Source: Patescibacteria group bacterium (lineage in GTDB: Bacteria; Patescibacteriota; Patescibacteriia; SG8-24; DYFX01). From it: DNA of 64,000 nt. This document shows positions 19,510-27,340 of this stretch, piece by piece. The DNA lies in assembly GCA_030583805.1 (NCBI GenBank), contig CP129476.1, forward strand, positions 117,453 to 181,452. The letters are read 5' to 3'. The position numbers and the translations under genes are program-made. How positions within the stretch are numbered: the stretch's first letter is position 1; the number at the start of each line of letters is the position of its first letter. The notes beneath the pieces are model-generated. The model did not search any database, had not been told where the DNA came from, and saw only the letters and a list, made by a program, of their open reading frames with translations.

Positions 19510-19767
19510 TCACTTTTTCGGGTTTTTGGCAAGCCACATGAAGAGCTTGCGCGGCGTTTGCACGTTGGCCGCCTCCGACTTGATTTCCGCGAAAATCGAG
19601 CGGGCTTTGGCCACGCCCAGCCGCTTGATGACGCCGAGATACATGCCGAATTTTTTCCGCTCGTTGAAATAGGCGCTCATTTCGTCGGCCAGCACGTGCA
19701 TTTCCGAATGCAGCCGCTTGTTGGCCGGCGCGGCCCGTTTTTTCAGAATATCGCCGAGGCCTTCCAT
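19510..19767 (-). CDS. small hypothetical protein (85 aa, basic)
   Basis: ATG at 19767, 2 nt after the upstream stop. Co-oriented with def-fmt. Confidence 0.4.
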   Translation of the reverse strand: MEGLGDILKKRAAPANKRLHSEMHVLADEMSAYFNERKKFGMYLGVIKRLGVAKARSIFAEIKSEAANVQTPRKLFMWLAKNPKK

Positions 19768-19769
19768 GG

Positions 19770-20564
19770 TTATGACAGCAAGTAGTGGGCGGTGAGCGAA
19801 CCGATCCCGAACGGGCTTTCGTAGCTTAGGATTTCCGGCGCGGCGTCGAGCGAATCCAATATGCCCGCGAGAATCGTAAGCGAAGGCAGGGCGCACTGCG
19901 CGGCTTTTTCGGCGAGCTGCGGCTCGAACGTGACGAGAGCCGACGGTTTTTTCTCCTGCAGAATCGCCAAGACCTTCTCGTCGAATTTGCGGCCGTACGG
20001 CGAATACCCGGCGGGCGAGGAGCGCGTCAGGCGGTGCGACAGGTCGGCTGAACAGATGACGGCAACGCGCCTGTCGCTATGCATCAGCACGTCTTGCAGG
20101 GCTTGCCCGAACTCGAAATGAGCCTTCGGCGACAAAAGCGAGGGCGCGATCGGCACGATCGCGACGGGGTTCAGCTTCGTCGCCAGATAGGTGAGGGGCA
20201 CGACGGTGCCGTAGTCGAGATCCGAATCCGACCGCAGCATGAGCGGCACGCAGCAATCTTCAAGATGTTCCTTGATGGCGCTCGTGAGCCGCATGTCCGA
20301 ACGGAACTGCATCGGCATTTCGAGGATTCCGAACTCCTTCAAGTCGGGCACGTAGCGATCCCGCACTTCCAGCGTGAAGTGATCCGGATTGATCCGTCCG
20401 TGCGGAGAGATGACGAGCAGCACGTCCGGCTTCGAAGCGACGAGCTCCTGTTCCAGGCGGTGCAACGCGGTGATTGTTTTTTTCAGCTTCTTCAAGTGCT
20501 CTTTCCCCACCGACGGCAGCAAGACCGGCGAGTGCGGGACGATCGAAGCGAAGACGAGTGACAT
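19770..20564 (-). CDS. MEMO1/AmmeMemoRadiSam-B-like protein (class III extradiol dioxygenase B-subunit fold)
   Basis: N-terminal IVPHSP and HGRINPDHFT motifs. About 264 aa, typical of the MEMO1 family. Confidence 0.55.
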   Translation of the reverse strand: MSLVFASIVPHSPVLLPSVGKEHLKKLKKTITALHRLEQELVASKPDVLLVISPHGRINPDHFTLEVRDRYVPDLKEFGILEMPMQFRSDMRLTSAIKEHLEDCCVPLMLRSDSDLDYGTVVPLTYLATKLNPVAIVPIAPSLLSPKAHFEFGQALQDVLMHSDRRVAVICSADLSHRLTRSSPAGYSPYGRKFDEKVLAILQEKKPSALVTFEPQLAEKAAQCALPSLTILAGILDSLDAAPEILSYESPFGIGSLTAHYLLS

Positions 20565-20565
20565 A

Positions 20566-21972
20566 TTATCGGGCCAACGCGGTTTGCGAGGCTCCGGCGG
20601 TCGTCGGCAGTCCTGTGACCGGCTGTCCGACCGGGTGCAGCGCCATGACCGCTTCGGTGGTCCAGATGATGCGCTTCCAAGAATAGCCGAGCTGCTCGAA
20701 CGCCTCGCCCGAGACGATCGGGCGCCGCTGGCCGTTCGAAACGACGTAGACGGCCTTGTTCGATCCTGGGCTCGTGATCAGGTCGCCGTCCTTGAATTTC
20801 AGGGGCTCGGCGGTCTCGTATTTTTCAAGCGTCTCCGGCGAGACGACGGAAATCCGCTTCGTCGGATAGTCCGCCTTCATGATCGAGGCGTCGATAATCG
20901 GCATTTTCTTTCCGTCCTCCACGAAGTAGACGCCGCCGGTCTTGTTGTTCTGCAGCAAGGCGCCTGTCGGATAGGCGCTCTTCAGCGTGATCGGATCGCC
21001 GTCGGCGTACGGCTCGAGGTCGTCGATATCGACGTCGTCGATCTCTTCGGGGTTGAAACCGATCGCGCGGAAGACGCTCATGGATTCGATCGGGCGTTTT
21101 TTGTCGCCTGAGAGCAGATAGACCGTGCCCGTCGCGGGATCGCGTACGAGCGAATAGTCCGCGAACGCGATGTCGGCGCCGCTTTCAAGGCTCGCGAGGA
21201 CGGTGTCGGAAACGGGGATGATCTTATTCTTGTCGACGCGCGTCGCGAGCGCGCTCTTGCTTGCGAATTTCCGCTTCAAGCCGCCTTGAATCAGATAGAC
21301 CGTACCGTCCGAGGCGGCAAGCGCCGAACCGTCAGGATAGCCGACCGAGAACCAGCGATCCCAAATGCGGCGCAAGAGCGCGTTGCCGTGCAAGTGCGGA
21401 TTGTAGGTGTACATGGCGGCCGTCGCGATATTCGCGGGCGTGACCGGCTGATTGTCGATCGTGGTCGTGCGGCCAGGGAAATACCCGAATGCGCGGCGGC
21501 TGCCGCAGCGCTCCGTCGAATCGCGGTAGAAGCATTCTACGAACGCGGCGGCGTTGATGATTTGCGCGGTGAAGCCGCGTGCCGGGTGCACCGTGTTGCA
21601 TGTGGAGCCGTCGGGGCGTCCGTACCCGGCCGCCCAATCGATTTGGCAGGCGCTCGGATTCCTGTCGTCAACAAGGCTCTGTTCTTTTTGGATAAGCGCA
21701 AGAAGAAACTTCGGGTTCACGTTCATCGCCTTGCCGTAGTAATCGATGATGTCTCCCGGCTTCTTCATCGAGCCGTCGAGATCCATGAAGGTCATCTTGG
21801 CAAGCGCGCCGCCTCGCGACTCTAAGAACTGTTGCGAAAAACCCGGCGGCACGTTCGTGTCGGTCAGGTCGTCGTCCGAGAGGACGTAGGAAGGGTTGGT
21901 TTCAGCGGCGTTCGCGGGTACGGCGGGCATGAGCAGCGAAAACGCCAGGAAATACAGGAGAAATTTCTTCAT
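20566..21972 (-). CDS. secreted protein: N-terminal lysozyme/transglycosylase-like region + four ~55-aa repeats
   Basis: ATG at 21972 gives signal peptide MKKFLLYFLAFSLLMPAVPANA. The ORF-track start at 22470 is a spurious extension. KFLLALIQKEQSL segment. Repeats TVYLIQGGLKRKF / TVYLLSGDKKRPI / GVYFVEDGKKMPI / AVYVVSNGQRRPI. Confidence 0.65.
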   Translation of the reverse strand: MKKFLLYFLAFSLLMPAVPANAAETNPSYVLSDDDLTDTNVPPGFSQQFLESRGGALAKMTFMDLDGSMKKPGDIIDYYGKAMNVNPKFLLALIQKEQSLVDDRNPSACQIDWAAGYGRPDGSTCNTVHPARGFTAQIINAAAFVECFYRDSTERCGSRRAFGYFPGRTTTIDNQPVTPANIATAAMYTYNPHLHGNALLRRIWDRWFSVGYPDGSALAASDGTVYLIQGGLKRKFASKSALATRVDKNKIIPVSDTVLASLESGADIAFADYSLVRDPATGTVYLLSGDKKRPIESMSVFRAIGFNPEEIDDVDIDDLEPYADGDPITLKSAYPTGALLQNNKTGGVYFVEDGKKMPIIDASIMKADYPTKRISVVSPETLEKYETAEPLKFKDGDLITSPGSNKAVYVVSNGQRRPIVSGEAFEQLGYSWKRIIWTTEAVMALHPVGQPVTGLPTTAGASQTALAR

Positions 21973-22059
21973 ATGGCAGCCGCATTTTACCACGCTGGCC
22001 GCTCGTTGACAATCCGCAAAAGCCGCGTTAGCGTGCGCATGGAAAGCAAGGAGGTCGTG

Positions 22060-22524
22060 ATGCTGTGTCTCCCTTGGTATTTCGTTCTGGCGATGGCCAC
22101 GCTCGCGCTTTTGCGTCTCGTCTACCGACACCGCGCGCTTCGCCGCGAGCGGCGCATCGAGGAAAACCTCGTGCATGGCGTCTTCTACCATCGCGAGATG
22201 AAACGCGGACAGAAAATCTGGTGTCGCACGGTGCACGGGTACGTGTACGAGATCGCGTTTCTGGAAGTGCAGAAAGGCTGCAGGCTCTATCAGATCCGGA
22301 AAGTGTATTTGGACGACGAGGGGCGGCAGTGCTTCGAGCCGAAACCGCAGCCGTTTACCTTCCGCCAGGTCGATATCCGCGTCGGGGAACGCTTCGTCTG
22401 CGCTCCCGCCTTCCGTTCGGCAGTCATCGTCGAAATTTCGCTCAGGATCCTCTATCCCACGCGAGCGCACAGGGAGGAATCACCGTCGATTCCTCCAACG
22501 TTTCCTCCACTGCGGGTCGTCTAG
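22060..22524 (+). CDS. membrane-anchored hypothetical protein
   Basis: ATG at 22060 with textbook RBS AAGGAGGT (4-nt spacer). N-terminal TM MLCLPWYFVLAMATLALLRLV. Confidence 0.45.
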   Translation: MLCLPWYFVLAMATLALLRLVYRHRALRRERRIEENLVHGVFYHREMKRGQKIWCRTVHGYVYEIAFLEVQKGCRLYQIRKVYLDDEGRQCFEPKPQPFTFRQVDIRVGERFVCAPAFRSAVIVEISLRILYPTRAHREESPSIPPTFPPLRVV

Positions 22525-22578
22525 GCCCGTTTTTTTCTTCGTTGCCGTTCCGTCCCGTGGACGGTACACTGGCGGCAT

Positions 22579-23736
22579 ATGGAAACCCACGCCTCTTTTC
22601 GCGTTGCCCGAGCGGGCATGTTGATCGCTCTGAATCTCGCTGTCGCACTCACCGTGCATGTCGCCTGGTCGGCTTGGCTGCCTTCGGCCGGAGCCGCGCA
22701 AAAATCGATCGCGCCCGCGAGCGAGGAAGAGCGCATGATTCAAGTGATCGCCAAGGCTTCGCCCGCGGTCGTTTCGATTCTCGTGCAACAAGAGGGGCAG
22801 CAGACGCTCACGGTGACGCTCGGCAACGGCGTCGAAGTTGAACAAGAGAAGCGCCCGCTCGTCGAAGTCGGAAAGGGGACGGGGTTCATCATGAGCGCCG
22901 ACGGTTTGATCGCCACGAACCGGCACGTGGCCTTTTCGCGCTCCGCGATTTTGACGGTTTTTCTGACCGACGGACGTTCGTTCAAAGCCCGTATCGTCGA
23001 CATCGATCCGGTCAACGATCTTGCGCTCATCAAAATCGACGCCAAGAACCTCCCGACGCTGGCGCTTGAGGCCGACGATGCCTATCGTCTCGGACAAACG
23101 ACGATCGCGATCGGCAACGCGCTTGGAAAATACGCGAACACGGTCACGCGCGGCGTTCTTTCCGGCGTCGATCGATACGTCGAGGCGGAAAACAACGTCA
23201 CGGGCGGAACCGAACGCCTCGAAGAGCTGCTTCAGACCGACGCCGCCATCAATTCCGGAAATTCCGGCGGCCCGCTCTTGAATCTTGACGGCAAGGTGAT
23301 CGGCATGAACACGGCGGTCGAGCACAGCGGCCAGGGGCTCGGATTCGCCATTCCCGTTTCGGAAATCCGCAAAGTCGTCGATTCGTACCGTCTCTACGGC
23401 GCGATCGCGCGCCCGCGGCTCGGCGTCAGATATTTCTCGATCACGCCGGAATTCCAGCTTGAACGCAAATTAGCCTACGGCTACGGCGCCTTGGTCGGCA
23501 CGGACGAACCCGGCGAAGCCGTCGTGCTTTACAACAGCCCCGCAGCTTCGGTCGGCTTGCGCGCCGGCGATATCATTTTGGAAGTCAACGGGAAGAAGCT
23601 TGAAGGAAAAATGACGCTTGCCAAGGCGGTGCAGTCGTTGCGCGTCGGCGATACCGTGACGATGAAGGTTGCGCGCGGCGAAGCGTTGCTCGTTCTCACG
23701 ACGCGTCTGGACGCGCATCCTCCGTACCAGCCCTGA
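22579..23736 (+). CDS. htrA: HtrA/DegP-family serine protease with PDZ domain
   Basis: Catalytic triad context TNRHV (His), DLALIKI (Asp), GNSGGPLLN (Ser). C-terminal PDZ. N-terminal membrane anchor. Confidence 0.85.
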   Translation: METHASFRVARAGMLIALNLAVALTVHVAWSAWLPSAGAAQKSIAPASEEERMIQVIAKASPAVVSILVQQEGQQTLTVTLGNGVEVEQEKRPLVEVGKGTGFIMSADGLIATNRHVAFSRSAILTVFLTDGRSFKARIVDIDPVNDLALIKIDAKNLPTLALEADDAYRLGQTTIAIGNALGKYANTVTRGVLSGVDRYVEAENNVTGGTERLEELLQTDAAINSGNSGGPLLNLDGKVIGMNTAVEHSGQGLGFAIPVSEIRKVVDSYRLYGAIARPRLGVRYFSITPEFQLERKLAYGYGALVGTDEPGEAVVLYNSPAASVGLRAGDIILEVNGKKLEGKMTLAKAVQSLRVGDTVTMKVARGEALLVLTTRLDAHPPYQP

Positions 23737-23737
23737 C

Positions 23738-25009
23738 ATGGTTTTTTCCCGACGCGCCCTGCAAACGCCGGATCGCTGGCATGCGCCGATTCACGCGCTC
23801 TGCTGGTTCGTGTTCGCAGGTACGTCGCTCGTGCTCGGGCTCTACTTCACCGCGCCGTCGCCGGACTGGGCGCCGATGATGTTTGCCGGAGCGACGTCGA
23901 CCGCTCCTTTGGCGGCAGCGGCAAACGCCGCGTTTCACGTGCCCATGCCCGAGGAAGTGCGGGGGATATACATGACGGCGGCGAAGGCGGCCTCAAAGAC
24001 GCAGCGCGCGGACTTGTTCGCGTACGTGGAACGCAATCGCCTGAATGCGATCGTGATCGACGTGAAGGATGACAACGGCCGCTTGGCCTTCATGCCGCAG
24101 CGCGCCTCGTTGCAAAGCGCCGCGCCGGAAGAAGCGACGATCAAGGATCTCGATGCGGTGCTGCGAGAAGCGGGGGAGCGCGGATTGTACCGTATCGCCC
24201 GCGTTTTCGTGTTTCAGGACCCCTCTTTCGTCGCGCGTTTTCCGGCCGAAGCGGTGCAAAAAACCTCCGGCGGCGTTTGGTCCGATTACAAAGGCGTGAC
24301 GTGGGTAGACGCCGCCTCGAAAGCCGCCTGGCGCTACAACGCCGAAGTCGCGCGTGAAGCGTATGCACGCGGCTTTGACGAGATCCAGTTCGACTACATT
24401 CGTTTTCCGAGCGACGGCCACATGCAATCGATCGTCTACGCGCGGCACGATGAGAGCCGGCCCAAGCATGAAGTGCTCCGCGATTTTTTCCGCTTTATGC
24501 ACGAGCAGCTTGAAGAAAAAGAGGGGATTCCGGTCTCGTACGACCTGTTCGGCTACGTGACGTGGTATATCGACTACGACCTCGGCATCGGCCAGCTTTT
24601 AGCGGACGCGCTGCCTCACGGTACGGCAATCTCCGCGATGGTGTATCCTTCTCATTATGGGGCCGGCACGCTCGGGTACGAAAACCCGGCCGAGCACCCG
24701 TACGAAATCGTCGCCGACAGCCTGAGGAAGGCCAATCGTCTCTACGCCATGCGCGATCAAGAATGCGCAGCGCTCGCTTCCGGCGAGAAAAGCGCTACCT
24801 CCACCTTCCTCCTGCCCTGCGGCGTACCGCTCGCGCACCACCGGCCGTGGCTCCAAGCGTTCGACATCGGGGCGGTGTATGATGCAGAAAAGATTCGGGC
24901 GCAAATCAGCGCGACGCGCGACCAGGGCGGCAAAGGATATTTGCTCTGGAACGCCCGGAACGTGTACAGGGACTTTAACCTCGCAGCGACGTCTTCGCCT
25001 GCATTGTAA
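23738..25009 (+). CDS. membrane-anchored GH-like TIM-barrel protein (DUF4015/GHL10-like putative glycoside hydrolase)
   Basis: ATG 23738, 1 nt after the htrA stop. IVIDVKDDNG, GVTWVD, FDEIQFDYIRFPSDG motifs typical of DUF4015. Confidence 0.55.
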   Translation: MVFSRRALQTPDRWHAPIHALCWFVFAGTSLVLGLYFTAPSPDWAPMMFAGATSTAPLAAAANAAFHVPMPEEVRGIYMTAAKAASKTQRADLFAYVERNRLNAIVIDVKDDNGRLAFMPQRASLQSAAPEEATIKDLDAVLREAGERGLYRIARVFVFQDPSFVARFPAEAVQKTSGGVWSDYKGVTWVDAASKAAWRYNAEVAREAYARGFDEIQFDYIRFPSDGHMQSIVYARHDESRPKHEVLRDFFRFMHEQLEEKEGIPVSYDLFGYVTWYIDYDLGIGQLLADALPHGTAISAMVYPSHYGAGTLGYENPAEHPYEIVADSLRKANRLYAMRDQECAALASGEKSATSTFLLPCGVPLAHHRPWLQAFDIGAVYDAEKIRAQISATRDQGGKGYLLWNARNVYRDFNLAATSSPAL

Positions 25010-25045
25010 GAAACGTTCGCGCCTTACGTCTCCATAAAGGTATCT

Positions 25046-26428
25046 ATGCCTACACCCAAACATCTTCTTGCCGCAGCGGTCGTCAGCCTGTCGTTCTTCG
25101 GCGCCGTTGGAACGGCGCGCGCCGAAGGGCCATTGATGCTTGAAATGGCAGACGGCCTCTTTTATAACCCGGCCTCCGGCCTCCTCGCCGAATCGCGCGG
25201 CGCCCTCTTGAAGCTGATCGAAGCCCAAGCCCCGCACGTGGTTGCCGTCGAAACGCCGGCCGCTCCCGCAGTTCCGGAGCCCGCAGCGCCCGAAAGCGTC
25301 GACGGTCTCGCGCCGACGCTCCAAAACGCCGTGCTGCGCGCTCGCGCGGCGCTGCAGGAGCGGATCGACACCGCCGAAAAAACCAAGCCGGACGTCGTCA
25401 CGAGCTATGACGTGTGGGTTGACGTGACCTTGGCGGTTTGGAACGCGCAGACGAATGAAATTCAATACGTCGAAGCGAAGAAAAACGGCACGAAGATCCA
25501 GTTTGCTGACGCGCCGGACGCCTACGCGATCAGCGTGAAGCGGACGAACGGCGTGAACTCCACGTTCGTCGTCGATACGCCCGAGCGCGTCGTTGTGGCG
25601 GTGCGGTATCCTATTTTCAAGAACATCTCGACGTCCAAGACGAAACCGAAGTACGAACTCCATGACGTCGTCTATACGCCGTATTCCGACGGCTTGCACA
25701 CGGCTGAAATGGCCGCCTGGGGCAAGAACGTGCTGCGTCTCGAAATCCTCGCGGCATACGACGCGTTGCGTTCAACCGGCGTCCGTTCTCGCGCTTTCCC
25801 CGACCGTTTGGTCGCCGACGTGGTCGATCCGCATCTCGTCGAGGCGATCGCGATCATCGAGCACGTCGGTTTGGGGGCGCTTTCGGGCCCGAACGCCGAG
25901 GAGGCCATGGACGCTTTTTACGTCACGATGGGCGGAAACCAAGATAAGGCATACATTTACGCGCGTTCGTCGGCTGGCGCGCTCGGTCTCGTGCAGTTCA
26001 TTCCGAGCACGTACGCCATCATGGCCAAGCGCAAGGAGTTGAATCTGATCTCGGACTTTACGAAGGGAATGTCTGATCCTGTCAACGCCATCAAGGCGCA
26101 AATCGCGTATCTCGACGCCATTCTCGCGTCGATGCCCCTGGCCGTGAAGGACATGCACTACGTCGATCCGGCGCGCGTCGACGAGTATCTCGCCGCCGCC
26201 TACAACACGGGCGAAACGCGCGTGAAGCGGGCGATCAAGCAGTGGGGCGACACATGGTCCGAGCCGCACAATGAAGAGATCGCAGCGCTCGCAAAGCGGT
26301 ACGGTGCGCGGAGCGCGGCCGTCAACACGATGAAGAAAGCGACATTGCTTCCGGAAACCGTCACGTACGTAAAAAAACTCCGGCAGGCGCTGAAAGTACT
26401 CAGCCCGCCGGAGCTTCCAACGACGTAA
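25046..26428 (+). CDS. secreted protein with C-terminal lytic transglycosylase (SLT) domain
   Basis: Signal peptide. Ala/Pro-rich linker. SLT motif SSAGALGLVQFIPSTY. Confidence 0.65.
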   Translation: MPTPKHLLAAAVVSLSFFGAVGTARAEGPLMLEMADGLFYNPASGLLAESRGALLKLIEAQAPHVVAVETPAAPAVPEPAAPESVDGLAPTLQNAVLRARAALQERIDTAEKTKPDVVTSYDVWVDVTLAVWNAQTNEIQYVEAKKNGTKIQFADAPDAYAISVKRTNGVNSTFVVDTPERVVVAVRYPIFKNISTSKTKPKYELHDVVYTPYSDGLHTAEMAAWGKNVLRLEILAAYDALRSTGVRSRAFPDRLVADVVDPHLVEAIAIIEHVGLGALSGPNAEEAMDAFYVTMGGNQDKAYIYARSSAGALGLVQFIPSTYAIMAKRKELNLISDFTKGMSDPVNAIKAQIAYLDAILASMPLAVKDMHYVDPARVDEYLAAAYNTGETRVKRAIKQWGDTWSEPHNEEIAALAKRYGARSAAVNTMKKATLLPETVTYVKKLRQALKVLSPPELPTT

Positions 26429-27277
26429 TTACTGCGAGAGCGTGTTCAGGTTCTGGAGCTGAAGCTGGAAGGCGTTCTGCACTTCTGCCGGCGAGAGAAC
26501 TTTGAGCGCGGCGGAATCCACTTGCGACGCCTCGCAGTTCGCTTCGGCCAAGCACTTGTCGGCGCAGCCGACGATTTTGGCCAAGCACTCGTTCACGCAG
26601 GCCGTGTCCGGAACGTGGCATGTTTTGCCGGATTTCGGATCTTCGCACGTGACGACGCGCGGCGGACAGGCGACGAAGCAGGTTTTCGACGTGTCTTCAG
26701 TGCAGCCGTTCGTTTTGACGCAGGTGTCGAAGGTTGAGGTGCTGCAGCTGGCGGTCGTTGTCGTGGTCGTCGTGGTGGTAATGGCTTTCGGAGCTTCGGC
26801 CATTGCGGTGATGATCGGTTCGACCGAGGTCTGAAGCTCGACCGTCGTCGTCTCCGGAGCCGCGGCAAGACCTTCTTCAAGCAATGTCGTGGAAACCGTG
26901 GTTGATTCCGTGACCAGCGCCGTCCAGGCCGTCGACTCTTCGGTCGTATCGGCCGTCGAAGCCAGTTTGACGGCGGAGTCGATCAGCGCAAGCGAATCGT
27001 CGGCGGCCGCGACGGAGGCCTCAACGTTTCCTTCCGAGCTCATGACAGCCGATTCCGCGGCGCGCTCTTCGGAAACAGCGAGCGTGGTCTCGATTTTTGA
27101 TTCCGTCGTGAACGAGAAGAAGATCGAAAGCGAATCGAGCGTTTGGTCAAAGAAGCTGAGCGGACTGTCCGGGAGAATTCCGGCAGTATCATACGTGGCG
27201 TCGGAAAGCGTGGCGGCCGAGACGGGCAAAGCCAGCGCGATACCGAGCGAGGCGAACGCGACGGTGAGTTTGCGCAT
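26429..27277 (-). CDS. secreted Thr/Ser-rich protein with Cys-rich C-terminal module
   Basis: Signal peptide MRKLTVAFASLGIALALPVSA. T10 run. 14 Cys in the last about 90 aa. Confidence 0.5.
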   Translation of the reverse strand: MRKLTVAFASLGIALALPVSAATLSDATYDTAGILPDSPLSFFDQTLDSLSIFFSFTTESKIETTLAVSEERAAESAVMSSEGNVEASVAAADDSLALIDSAVKLASTADTTEESTAWTALVTESTTVSTTLLEEGLAAAPETTTVELQTSVEPIITAMAEAPKAITTTTTTTTTASCSTSTFDTCVKTNGCTEDTSKTCFVACPPRVVTCEDPKSGKTCHVPDTACVNECLAKIVGCADKCLAEANCEASQVDSAALKVLSPAEVQNAFQLQLQNLNTLSQ

Positions 27278-27340
27278 AAGAAAAGAATGAATAGTGATCC
27301 CAGATTACCACGCAGGACGGTTGTGCTACAATGCGCGCAT

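Noticed and set aside
20566-22470. ORF-track start at 22470 for the secreted repeat protein (634 aa)
   Set aside because: The N-terminal 165 codons are antisense to the 22060 gene and lack a signal peptide. The internal ATG at 21972 gives a classic signal peptide, so the shorter model was used.
26740-26800. Apparent simple repeat (ACC/GGT runs) in the DNA
   Set aside because: It is the coding sequence for the poly-Thr run of the 26429..27277 protein, not an independent DNA repeat.
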